Assembly (NCBI RefSeq): GCF_009914755.1
Contig: NC_060947.1
Length of the DNA: 64,000 nt
Origin: the human T2T-CHM13v2.0 reference genome, Homo sapiens
Direction: 5' to 3' (one strand)
Below are positions 12,269 through 26,229 of this stretch, piece after piece (position 1 is the first letter of the stretch; every line of letters starts with the position of its first letter). A program made the translations under genes and the position numbers. Below the pieces are notes generated by a model, which was given only the letters and a program-made list of their open reading frames with translations, made no database searches and had not been told where the DNA came from.

Positions 12269-15200
12269 GGAAGGGAAAATAATAGTGGACAGCAGGAAGG
12301 ACTGACTTGTAGCTTCCACTCAGATGAGCAGAATAGCATGTGGAAACTCGCATCATGAACTTTTGCTCCAAGAAGTACCATAGAAACATACCAGGAAAAC
12401 CAAAAGAATTCACAGACCCTTTGAAAGAAGTGTCTTGCTGCTGGAAACTCCGTGAGACAGCCAAAAATCTGTGAGTGGCCAAAATGTGAGAGGGGCAAGG
12501 TCTGTCTCCAAACACACATCCTCACTGGGGAACCTAAAAATCTAGATCACAGGAGAGGGATTTAACCTCACCTAGAGCTGAAACAAATTTAGAAAGCCAG
12601 GCAAAATATAAAAGTAAAAGAAGCAATGGGAAGAGCTCTGTAGGCACTCCAGTCCCCAGGGAAGCCATTTCTGACTTTATCTCACAGGGTTTCTTGGGGA
12701 GGGCTGCCAGTGGAATTGGGAAAGGACCACAGGGAGAAAGAAACTTTCAGCTGAACATTATAATAATTTTGACCAAGTGTAAATTTTCCTGTGCGAAATC
12801 TGTGGTAGGGACCAATGGGAAGTGCAGATATGAGCACAGAAGTTGCAGCAGGTGGGAAGCTGCAGTGCCTGAAATCCCTGCTTGCTTTCTCAGTGGGGAG
12901 GCTTGTAGCCTGGGACAAGATCTCAGGCCTGCTCACCAGCTTGCCTGGATATAAGCTCAGTGCTCTTGGCCAGGTATGGTTAGAATGAGACTGGCCTTGC
13001 TGGCTGTGTGGGAGCTGGGTGAGGCCTGTCACTGCCAGCTTTTCCCTACTTTTCTGGAGACCTGTATGATGCATCAGAGGCAGCCATAATTTCCCTGGAA
13101 ACATAACTCCATTAGCCTGAGAACCACACCTCTTTGCCCCACAGTGACCAAAGCAAGCCCTGCACAAGGCAGACACACCCAACCTCCCCCACCTGATGGC
13201 CTTTCTCTACCCACCCAAGTAGCCTAAGACAACAAACATAATCTCCTGATAACTCTATGTCCCCACTCATCACCTGAGAAACACAAATACTTATTCAGGC
13301 AACCTTAGGGCAAGCTTATATCCCCCCTATACTACTGCAGCTGACGGCTCTTAAAAGCACCACCTTTTGGCTGGAGAATAACCAACTCAAGCCATTACAG
13401 CAACTCATAAAAGAACAAGCCCACTCTAAGAAAGGAGAAAAAAGCAGCTGATTCCATCACCTGTAACATTCTGACTAACCAGAGGTCCTGAGTCTGTCCA
13501 TGTGAAAACTTCACTGCTAACACAAGCATCATTAGAGAAAACAAGCACACTAAACAAAACTACAACCAAAGACTGTCACAGAGTCCACCTCACTCCCTTG
13601 CTACCTCCATGGGAGGAGGTGCTAGTATCCATGTCTGAGAGACGTGAAAACAGATCACATTACAGGACTCTGCAGACACTCCCCAGTACCAGCCCAGAGT
13701 CTGGTAGCTCAACTGCGTGGCTGGACCCAGAGGAGCAATAACAATCATTGTAGTTAAGCTCTCAGGAAGCCCCATCCCTAGGGGAAGGGGAAGAGCACCA
13801 CAACAAGGGATCACTCTGTGGGACAAATAAATATGACATCAGCCCTTGAGCTCCAGATCTTTTCTCTGACATGGTCTATCCAAATGAGAAGAAACCAGAA
13901 AAACAATTCTGGTAATATGACAAAGCAAAGTTTTTTAACAACCCCAAAAGACCACACAAGCTCACCAGCAATGGATCCAAGCAAGAAGAAATCTCTGAAT
14001 TGCCAGAAAAAGAATTCAGATGGTTGATTATTAAGCTACTCAAGGAGGCACCAGAGAAAAGTGAAAACCAACTTTATAAAATTAAAAAAAAAAATACAGG
14101 ATATAAACAGAAAAAAATCTCTAGAGAAATAGATAGCATAAATAAAATACAATCACAACTTTTAGAAATAAAAGACACACTTAGAGAAATGCAAAATACA
14201 CTGGAAAGTTACAATAGAATCAAACAAGCAGAAGAAAGTTATAAACAAGTAGAAGAAAGAACTTCAGCAGTTGAAGAGAAGGCTTTTGAATTAGCCCAAT
14301 TCAACAAAGAAAAAGAAAAAAAGAATTTAAAAATAATGAACAAAGCCTCCAGAATTTTGGGATTATGTTAAATGACCAAAACTAAGAATAATTGGTGCTC
14401 CTGAGGAAGAAGAGAAATCTAAAAGTTTGGAAAACGTTTTTGAGGAAATAACCAAGGAAAACTTCCCTGGCCTTGTTAGACATCTAGGCATCCAAATACA
14501 AGAAGGTCAAAGAACACCTGGAAAATTCATCACAAAAATATCATCATCTAGGCACATAGTCATCAGGTTATCTAAAGTCAAGACAAAGGCAAAAATATTA
14601 AGAGATATGAGGCAAAAGCATCAGGTAACCTATAAAGGAAATCTTATCAGATTAATGCAGATTTCTCAGCAGAAACCCTACAAGCTAGAAGGAATTGAGG
14701 TCCTATCTCTAGCTTCCTTAAGCAAAACAATTATCAGCCAAGAATTTTGTATGCAGCAAAACTAAGCTTCATAAATGAAGAAAAGATACAGTCTTTTCAG
14801 ACAAATTCTGAGAGAATTCGCCACTACCAAGCCAGCACTAAAAGAACTGATAAAAGAAGCTCTAAATCTTAAAATAATACCTCAAAAAAATACACCAGAA
14901 TAGAATCTCATTAAAACATATATCTCACAAGGCCTATAAAACAATAACACAATGAAAAATACAAAAACAAAAACAACAACGACAACAAAAAACCAAGGCA
15001 CTCAGGCAACAACTAACACAATGAATATAATAGCACCTTACATCTCAATACTAATGTTGAGTGTAAATGACCTAAACACTCCACTTAAAAAATACAGAAT
15101 GGAAGAATGGATGAGAATTCAGCCATCATGTTTCTTCTATCTTCAAGAGATGCACCTAACACATAAGCACTCACATAGCTTAAGGTAAAGGGGTGGAAAA

Positions 15201-18200
15201 AGATACACCATGCAAACGGACACCAAAAGTGAACAGGAATAGCTATTCTTATATCAGACCAAACAGACTTTAAAGGAACAACAGTTAAAAAAGACAAAGA
15301 GGGGCATTATATAATGATAAAATGACTAGTCCAACAGGAAAATATCACAATCCTAAATATATATGTACCAAACACTGGAGTTCCCTAATTTATAAAACAA
15401 TTACTACTAGACCTAAAAAATTAGAGAGACGAAAACACAATAATAGTGTGGAATTTCCATACTCGACTGGCAGCACTAGACATGTCATCAAGACAGAAAG
15501 TCAACAAAGAAACAATGGGCTTAAACTATACCTTACAACAAATGACTAACAGACATTTAGAGAGCATTCTACCCAACAACTGCAAAATATATATTCTATT
15601 CATCAGCACATGGAACATACTCCAAGAAAGACCATATAATAGGCCACAAAAGAAGTCTCAGTAAATTTACAAAAATTGAAATGATATCAAATACTCTCTC
15701 AGACCACAGTGGAAAAAAATTGGAAATCAACTCCAAAAGGAACCCTCAAAATCGTGCAAATAAAAAACAATTAAATAACTTGTTCCTGAATGATTGTTGG
15801 GAATCAAAGAAATCAAGATGGAAATTTAAAAATTCTTTTAACTGAATGATAACAGTGATGCAACCTATCAAAACTTCTGGGATACAACTAAAGTGATGCT
15901 AAGAGGAAAGTTCATAGCCTCAAATACCTACATCAAAAAATCTAAAATAACACAAATAAACAATCTAAGATCACACTTTAAGGAAGTAAAAGAACAAGAA
16001 CAAACCAAACACAAACCCAGAAGGGGAAAGAAAATAACAGAGATCAGAGCAGAACTAAATAAAATTGAAACAAAAAAACAAACAAAATACAAAAGGTAAA
16101 TAAAAAAAACTTTTTTTTTCAAAAAGATAAGCAAATTTGAAAGACCATTAGTGAGATTGACCAAGAAAACAAGAGAACAGATCCAAATAAGTTCAATTAG
16201 AAATGAAACGAGAGATATTACAACCAATACAACAGAAATACAAAAGACCATTCAAGGCTACTATGAACACCTTTATGCACACAAACTAGAAAACCTAGAA
16301 GCGATGGATAAATTCCTATAAATATACAACCTTCCTAGATTAAACCAGAAAAAAATAGAACTCTTAACAGTCCAATAACAAGCAGTGAGATTGAAATGGT
16401 AATAAAAAAAAATTCCAACAAAAATAAGTCCAGGACCAGATGGATTCACAGCTGAATTTTATCAGACTTTCAAAGCAGAATTGGTGCCAATCCTATTAGC
16501 ACTATTCCAAAAGATAGAGAAAGAGAGAATCATCCCTATATCATTCTATGAAGCCAGCCTCACCCTAATACCAATACCAAGAAAGGACATAAGACAAAAA
16601 GAAAACTACACACCAATATCCCTGATGAACATAAATGCAAAAATCCTCAACAAAATACTAGCTAACCAATTCCAACACTATATCAAAAAGATAATTAACC
16701 ATGCTCCAGTGAGTGTAATATCAGAGATTCAGGGATTGTTTAACATACGTAAGTCAATAAATGTGATACACCACATAAACAGAATTAGAAACAAAAATCA
16801 CATGATTATTTCAATAGATGCAGAAAAAGCATTTGACAAAATCCAACACTCATTTATGATTAAAACTCTCAGCAAAATCATCATATAAGGGACATACATT
16901 TGGGTAATAAGAGCTATCTATGACAAACCAATAGCAAGCATTATATCAAAGGGGAAAAGTTAAAAGCATTACCCCTGAGAACTGAAACAATTAAAGGCTG
17001 CCCTCTCTCACCACTTCTATTCAACATAGTACTGCAAGTTTTAGCCAGAGCAATTAGACAACAGAAAAAAATAAAGGGCATCCAAATCAGTAAAAAAAAA
17101 TTCAAACTGTCACTGTTCACTGATGATATAATTGTATACCTACAAAACCCTAATAATGTATCCAAAAAGCTTCCAGATTTAATAAATGAATTCAGTAATG
17201 TGATAAATGAATTCAATAAAGTTTCAAAATATGAAATCAATGTACACACATCAGTAGCACTGTTATATATAAACAGTGACCAAGTTGACAATCAAATCAA
17301 AAACTAAGTTTCTTTGAGTTCTCAACCCTAATAGTTGCAAAATAAATAAATAAACAAACAAACAAACAAATAAATGAACAAACAAACAAATAAATAAATA
17401 AAATACTTAGAAACATACCTAACCAAGGACATGACAGACCTCTACAAGGAAAACTGCTAAACACTGCTGAAAGAAATCATAGATGACACAAACAAATGGA
17501 AACACATCTCATGCTCACGGATGGCTAGCGTCAATATTGTGAAAATAACCATACTGCCAAAAACAATCTACAAATTTAATGCTATTACCATCAAAATATG
17601 ATAATCATTTTTTAAACAACTAGAAAAACAATTCTAAAATACATATGGAACCAAAAAATAGCCTGTATAGCCAAAGCAAGACTAAGCAAAAAGAACTATT
17701 TTGGAGGCATCACATTACTCAACTTCAAACTATACTGTAAGGCCATAGTCACCAAAACAGCATGGTACTGGTATAAAAATAGGCACATAGACCAATGGAA
17801 CAGAACAGATAACCCAAGAATAAAGACAGATTCTTACAGCCCACTGATTTTTCACAAAGCAAGCAAAAACATAAAGTGGGGAAAGGACACCCTATTCAGC
17901 AAATGGTGCTGGAATGATTGGCAGGCCACATGTAGAAGAATGAAACTGGATCCTCATCTCTCACTATATACAAAATACAACTCAAGATGTATCAAAGACT
18001 TAAATCTAAGACCTGAAACAATAAACACTGTAGAATATAACAAACTTTTCCAGACATTGATTTAGCCAAAGACTTGATGACCAAGAACCCAAAAGCAAAT
18101 GCAACAAAACAAAGATAAGTAGATGAGACTTAATTAAACCAAAAAACTTCTGCACAGCAAAAGAAATAATCAGAAGAATAAACAGATAACCAACAGAGTG

Positions 18201-19162
18201 GAAGAAAGTATTTGCAAACTGTGCATCCTATGAAGAACTAATATCCAGAATCTATAAGAAACTCAAACAAATGAGCAAAGAAACTCAAACAAATGAGCAA
18301 AGTAATAATAATAATAATAGTAATGATAATCTCATCAAAACATGGGCAAAGGACATGAATAGACAATTCTCAAAAGAAGATATACAAATGGCCCAAAAAT
18401 ATGAAAAAATACTCAACATCACTAATTATCAGGGAAATGCAAATTAAAACTACAATGCAATACCACTTTACTCCTGCAAGAATAGCCATAATTAAAAAAT
18501 AAAAATCATAGATGTTTCCATGGATGTGGTGAAATGGGAATACTTTTACACTGCTGTTGCGAATGTAAACTAGTGCAACCACTATTAAAAAGCTGTATGG
18601 AGATTCCCTAAAGAACTAAAAGTAGACCTACCATTTGATCCAGCAATTCCATTCCTAGATGTCCAGCCAGACAAAAGAAGTTAAAAGACACTTGCACACA
18701 CATGCTTATAACAGCATAAGTCACAATTGCAAAAATAAGGAACAAGCCCAACTGCCCATCAATCAATGAGTGGATAAAGGAAATGTGACATTTATATACA
18801 TATATACACACACACCATGGAATACTACTCAGCCATAAAAAGGAACAAAATAATGGCATTTGCAGCAACCTGGATGTAGTTGAAGACAATTATTCTAAGT
18901 GAAGTAACTCAGGAATGGAAAAGCAAACATTGTATGTTCTCACTTATAATTGGGAGCTAGGCTAGCTTATAATGCAAAAGAATAAAAATTATACAATGGA
19001 CTTTGGGGACTCAGGGGAAGGCAGTGAGGGACAAAAGACTACATACTGGGTACAGTGTACACTGCTCGGGTGATGGGTGCACTAAAATCTCAAAAATCAC
19101 CACTAAAGAATTTGCATATGTAACAAAACAACACCTGTTCTGCAAAAAAACTATTGAAAAAT
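12269..19162 (+). mobile_element. Near full-length L1PB (L1PB1-like) inserted into ORF1 of the older L1
   Basis: L1PBa-type 5' end. Broken ORF1 (14000-14765) and broken ORF2 (EN ~15020-15700; RT piece 16481-16888 with [14 protein letters not shown]). L1PB 3'UTR. 13-bp TSD AATACAGGAGCTG at 12256-12268 and 19163-19175. Confidence 0.93.
17339..17403 (+). repeat. (TAAA/CAAA)n microsatellite inside L1PB ORF2
   Basis: aataaataaataaacaaacaaacaaacaaataaatgaacaaacaaacaaataaataaata. Confidence 0.85.
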
Positions 19163-19175
19163 AATACAGGAGCTG

Positions 19176-22100
19176 AAAAAGAAAAAAATATTTATACATT
19201 TAAGAAAGAACCAAACTGATCTTATAGAGCTGAAAAACATACTGGAATAATTTTATAATACAATCACAAGTATTAACAGCAGAATAGAACAAGCTCAAGA
19301 AAAATCACTGAGATCAAAGACTGGTTCCAGAACAAACAGTCATGCAAATTAAAGAAAAAAGATAAAAAGTGAACAAAATCTCTTAGAAATATGGGATTAT
19401 GTAAAGAGACCAAAACTATGACTCTTTGGCATCTCTGAATGAGAGGGAGATAAACAACTTTGAATACATATTTGTGGATATTGTTCATGAAAATTTTATT
19501 AACCTCACTAGAGAGGCAACATTCAAATTTAAGAAATGCAGACAACTTCTATGAGATATTATACAAGATGAACATCTCCAAGACACATAGTAATCAGATT
19601 TTCCAAGGTCAAAATGAAAGGAAAGATATAAAACGTAGCTAGGGAGAAGGGGCAAGCAAACTACAATAGGAACCCCATCAGGCTAAGAATATAACTTTCA
19701 GCAGACACTATAAAAGACAGAAGGAACTGGGGACCTATATGCAGCATTGTTAAAGAAAAAATCTTCAACCAAGAATTTCATATCTAGCCAAACTAAGCTT
19801 GTTAAATGAAGAAGAAATAAGATCCTTTTCAGACAAGCAAATGCTAAAGGAATTTGTTACCACCAGGCCAATCTTATAAGAGGTCATTAAGAGAGTCCTA
19901 AATATGAAAATGAAAAACAGTTACTGGCTACCACAAAAACACAATTAAATACATAGACCATTGATATAATAAAGCAACTATTATTATGCAGAATCAAGTC
20001 TGCATAATAACTAGCTTATAACACAAAGACAGGATCAATATTAGCCTTGAATTTAAATGGGCTAACTGCACCAATTAAGAGGTACGAGGGGTAAGTTGGA
20101 TAAAGAAGCAAGAACCACCAGTATGTTGTCTTCAAGAGACCCATCTCACATGCAATGACACCCATAGGCTCAAAGTAAAGAAATAGAGAAAAATCTGAGA
20201 AAAATCTACTGCAAAAATGGAAAACCAAAACAACAACAACAACAAAACAAACAAACAAACAAAAAAAACAGGGGTTGCTATTCTGATTTCAGACAAAAGA
20301 AACTCTAAACCAACAACCATCAAAAGAGAAAAAGAAGAACATTATATATTAATAAAGGGTTCAATTCAAAAAGACTTAACTATCCTAAATATATGTGCAC
20401 CCAACACAAGAGCACCCAGATTCACAAAGTTCCAAGTGGCCTACAAAGTGACCTAGAACACCATAGCAAAATAGTGGGAGACTTTAGCAGTCCACTGGCA
20501 GTATTAGACAGGTCTTTGAGGCATAAAACAAAGATATTCAGGACAAGATTTGACACTTGACCAAATAAACCTCACAAGCATCTACAGAAATCTCCTTCCT
20601 AAAAAAACAGAATATTCATTTGTCTCATGTGTACTTGCAACATACTCTAAAATCAACCAATCAGCCATAAAAACATACTCAGCAAATTTGAAAAAAAAAA
20701 AGGAATCACACTAACCACACTCTCTGACCACAGTGCAATAAAAAATAGAAATCAATACCAAGAACATCTCTCAAAACCATACAATTACATACGAATGAAG
20801 CAACCTTCCCCTGAATGAAAATGAAATTAAGGCAGAAATCAAGAAATTATTTGAAACTAATGAGAATAATACTAAAACATACCAAAATCTCTGGGACACA
20901 GCTACAGCAATATTAAGAGGAAAGTTTATAGCTGTAAATGTCCACATAAAAACGTTGGTAAGATCTCAAATTAACAGCCTAATATCACACCTTGAGGAAC
21001 TAGAAAAACAAGAGCAAACCAAACCCAAAGCTTTCAGAAGAGAAGAAATAACTAAAATCAGAAATGAACTGAATAAAATTGAGATGTGAAAAACCATACA
21101 AAAGACCAACAAAACCAAAATTTGCTTCTTTGAAAGAATGAGTAAGATAGACCACTAGCTATACTAATAAAGAAAAAGAGAAGATTGAAGTAAACACAAT
21201 CAGAAATCTCAAAGGGGACATTACCATCAAATCCAAAGATATACGAAAAACCATTAGAGACTATCATGAACACCTCTATGCACACACACTGGAAAAACCA
21301 CAAAAAATTGATAAATTCCTGAAAACATACAACCTCCCAAGACTGAGCCAGGAAGAAATTCAAACCCTGAGCAGACCAATAATGAGTTTCAAAATTGAAT
21401 CAATAATAAAAATACCCACCATCCAGAAAAAGCCCAGGACTTGATGGATTCACAGCCTAATTCTACCAGACGTATAAAGAAGATCTGGTACCAATCCTAC
21501 TGAAATTATTCCAAAAAATTGATAAGTAGGCACTCCTCCCTAACTCATTCTCTGAGGTCAGCATCATTCTGACACCATAACAGGGAAAAGACAAAACAAA
21601 AAACAAAAACAAAACAAAAAAAACTTCAAGCCAATATCCTTGATAAACATAGATGAAAATACCTTTAACAAAATACTAGAAAACCAAATGCACAACAAAA
21701 ATTAAAACCACCATGATCAAGTAGGTTTTATCCCTGGGATGCATGAATGGTTTCATGTACATAAATCAATAAATGTGATTCATCACATAAACCGAACTAA
21801 AAACAAAAACCATATAATCATCTCAATAGATCCAGAAAGGGTTTCTGATAAAATTCATCATCCTTTCACGTTAAAATTTTCAATAAACTAGGCATTGAAG
21901 GAATATACTTCAAAATAATGAGCCCTCTGTGACAAACCCATAGCCAGCAGCATACTAACTGGGCCAAAGCTGGATGCATTCTCCTTGAGAACCGAAACAA
22001 GACAAGGTTTCCCACTCTTACCACTCCTATTCAACATATTACTGGAAGTCTTAGCCAGAGCAATCAGGCAAGAGAAAAAAATGAAATGCATCCAAATAGG

Positions 22101-23552
22101 AAAAGAGAAAGTCAAACTATCTCTGTTTTCAAATTATATGATTTAATGTCTAAAAAACTGCATAGTCTTGGCACAAAGGCTTCTAGGTCTCATAAACAAC
22201 TTCAACAAAGTTTCTGGATAAAAAAATAAATGGAAAAGAATCAGTAGTATTTCTATACACCAATGTCCAAGCTGAGTTCACAACAGCCACCAAAATATAG
22301 AATGCTTAGGAATAGAGCTAACCAGAGAGGTGAAAGATCTCTAAAATGAGAATTACAAAACATTGAAAAAAATCAGAGATTACAAAAACAAATGAAAAAA
22401 TATTCCATGTGCTGGTGGATAGGAAGAATAAATATTGTTAAAAGGCCATGCTATACAAAGCAATTTACAGATTCAATTCTATTCCTATCAACTACCAATA
22501 ACATTTTTTATAGAATTTAAAAAATTCTAAAATGTATATGGAACAACAAGAGAAGCCATAATAGCCAAACTAATTCTTAGCCAAAAGAACAAAGCTGGAG
22601 GCAACACATTACCAGAATTCAAACTGTACTACAAAACTACAGTAACCAAAATGGCATGGTACACACATATAGCCATTTTATCTTTGATAAAGTCAACAAA
22701 AACAAGCAATGAAAAAAAACTCCCTATATAATAAATGGTTCTAGGATAACTGGTTAGTTACATGAAGAAGATTGAAACTGGACCCCTTCCTTATACCATA
22801 TACTAAACTCAAAATAGATTAAAGACTTAAATGTAAAGCCTAAAGCTATAAAAATTTTTGAAAAAATCCTGGAAAATAGTATTCTAAACATAGACCCTGG
22901 CAAAACTTTTATAATGAAGAAACCAAAATTAATTGCAACAGAAACAAAAATTGACAAATGGCATCTAATTAAACTAAAGAGCTTCTGCACAGGAAAAAAA
23001 AAACAAACAAACTATTGACAGAGTAAATAGACAACCCAAAGAATAAGAGAATATATTTGCAAACTATGCATCTGACAGAGGTCTAACATCCAGAATCTAT
23101 AAGAAACAAATTAATAAGCAAAAAACAAACAACTCCATTAAAAAGTGGGCAAAGGACATAAACACATAAACAGACACTTTTCAAAATACAAATATATGTG
23201 GCCAAAAAGCATATAAAGAAATTCACAGCCTGGTGTGGTGGCTAATGCTTGTATTCCCAGCACTTTGGGAGGCCGATATGGGTGGATTGCCTGAGGTCAG
23301 GAGTTTGAGACCAGCCTGGCCAACATGGTGAAACCCTGTCTCTACTAAAAATGCAAAAATTAGCTGGGCGTGGTGGTAGGCGACTGTAATCCCAGCTACT
23401 CAGGAGGCTGAGGCAGGATAATCCCTTGAACTCAGGAGACAGAGGTTTTAATGAGCCGAGATCACGCCACTACACTCCAGCCTGGGCAACAGAGCTAGAC
23501 TCCATCTCAAAACAGACAAACAACAACAAAAAAAGAAATTCACAGTATCACT
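19176..23552 (+). mobile_element. Host L1PA15/16-like element, part 2 (rest of ORF1 and ORF2, 3' end missing)
   Basis: Resumes after the TSD with degenerate ORF1, then EN and RT sequence. It stops in the ORF2 C-terminal region with no 3'UTR or poly(A). Confidence 0.85.
23228..23531 (+). mobile_element. AluS (Sx/Sz-like)
   Basis: Dimeric Alu with CCTGAGGTCAGGAGTTTGAG. TSD AAAGAAATTCACA at ~23215-23227 and 23532-23544. Confidence 0.93.
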
Positions 23553-24240
<688 letters not shown>

Positions 24241-24284
24241 TTTTTTTTTTTAAGGACCTACTGAAGCCCAATTTTCTCTAACTC

Positions 24285-24473
24285 TTGAGCATGCTTCTTT
24301 GCCATTTGATGTCTTCCATCATGTTATGATATAGCAAGAACACCCTCACCCAATGAAGACCCTTGATGCTGGACTTCATATCTTTCAGCATCATGGGCCA
24401 AATACATTTTCCCTTATTATAAATTATCCAGTCTGTATTATTATGTTGTAGCAGCAGAAAATGGACTAGGACA
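24285..24473 (+). mobile_element. 3' half of an older MaLR LTR (MSTD/MLT1A-like)
   Basis: ATCATGTTATGATATAGCAAGAA...CCTTGATGCTGGACTTC...ATAAATTATCCAGTC...GCAGCAGAAAATGGACTAGGACA. Confidence 0.75.
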
Positions 24474-25821
24474 GTTATTACACACAAAAGCTTTGGTATG
24501 TCTCCTTTTCAACCATCAACTCAAAAGATCTTGGTCAAAACAACACTTTGACTGTAAGTCAGAGGAGTTTTAAAATAACATTTCTCCCAAGCTCTTGCAG
24601 TAAAATAAGTGAAATATTGATTTTCTTTTCAGTGGGTCTCTATGTTTCCAGTTCCGAGAAGATTCAAAGCAGTCTATAGGATGCCTCCAATCCTGCTTTT
24701 CCACTCCCCTCCCAATAGAATAAAGATACAGGTAAGCTGAGGATTGGGAAATTTTTACATATAATTAGGAGAAGGCTGATTAATAAAATAGTTATAATTA
24801 TGCCAAAACTTTGTTAACCAAGAATTTGTCATAGACTGGGGCCTATGTAATGTAGAATCTATTCAGATACTATCCAAGTTGGTTTTATAATTGAAATACC
24901 AAAATATAGCATGAAATCACTTACAGTGTCACTGTATTTAAATGGTATTTTAAATTTCACTGCATTAAATTTTATTTCATGACTAAACAGAAGTTTGCAA
25001 GAAAAAGTTTTTTTTCATCACTCACAAAAAATATGAGGGTATAAAATTGTTATTAAGCAAGAGAAACTGAAGGGCTATAGTTTAAACAAAGAATGGAGAA
25101 CTTACCCTCATAAAATATTTGTTTTTCAAAATATGGTTAAAATTCTATTTCTAAGAACAAAATTGCATATGTTTATAATGTTTTCAGTTCCTCCCTCTTT
25201 AAACAAAATAATTTATAAATGTATTCTCAGAAATTACATATATCCATGCAATCATTAATTAACAGGCCTATGAGAATGCACACAATTTCCCCAATTTCAT
25301 GGAAAGAATGGACAAAGCAATAAAAGGAGTTTATTAATGAGTGACATTTTGCGTAAGCCAAGCTCAAATGGTTTACTTTTGCAGCGGAGGAAAACACATA
25401 GACAACCATAGGTGAAGTATAACAGAGTACAAGACAAATGCTTTATAGCTGTATTAAGCATCTCAAACAAGTCATAATGACACTAGAAAAATCAGATTAG
25501 CAATTACTGTTCAGAGTGGAAACTGCAGAGGAATAAAAATTTGGAGCTCTGTATTTATTACATTAGGTCTTTGTGTGTCATCAGACTTATTCTACCTCTC
25601 AATTTCCATAAATAAGATTGATTGTTATATTTCAAGTTTTAAAAAATCAATTTTCCTTCCTTTAACTTTATTCTTTAACTATTGAAGGAATATGAGTATT
25701 ACTCATATGAGCACCAAGAGAAAGTCTAGTATGGTTATTCATTTAGAGTGGAGTAAACAGAGCTTAATCACAATCCGAGGTCACAAATATATGCAGATAA
25801 GTTATGTCCTTATATATCCCT

Positions 25822-26229
25822 ACAATAATGGTCAAAATGGCTTGGGCTCAGGTTCCCCGTATATTTGATTCTATATTGTTCTGGGTATTTTTTCAGGGTG
25901 TTTAGGATGAGATTATTATTTAAATAGGCAAACTTTTGAGTAAAGCAGATTGTTTTCCATAATGTGAATGGGCCTAATACAATCAGTTGAAGTCGTGAAT
26001 AAAAAAAATAAAGACGGATCTTCCCAGAACAAGAGAAAAATCTCTAGCTGACTTTCCTTGGACTTCACCTGCAATAACAGCCTTTCTTGTATCTACAGCA
26101 GATGATCTTTTTACTGGAATGAAATATTGGCTCTCCCAGGTTTCCAGCCTGTCAGCCCACCCTGTGTATTTTGAACTTGCCCACCTCCATACTTGTTTAA
26201 GCTAATCCCTTGTAATAAAGGTCCTATAT
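25822..26229 (+). mobile_element. MLT2 (ERVL) LTR, 5' part
   Basis: GAGTAAAGCAGATTG...CATAATGTG...GGGCC...CAATCAGTTGAAG...CCAGCCTGTCAGCCCACCCTG...GAACTTGCC. Confidence 0.8.

Noticed and set aside
14000-16888. L1 ORF1/ORF2 fragments as an active retrotransposon
   Set aside because: Numerous stops and frameshifts. The same applies to the copies at 34.6-40.9 kb and 51.8-58.4 kb.
25975-25985. TAATACAATCA as a DUX4 site in MLT2
   Set aside because: It mismatches TAAYBBAATCA and lies in an old, diverged LTR.
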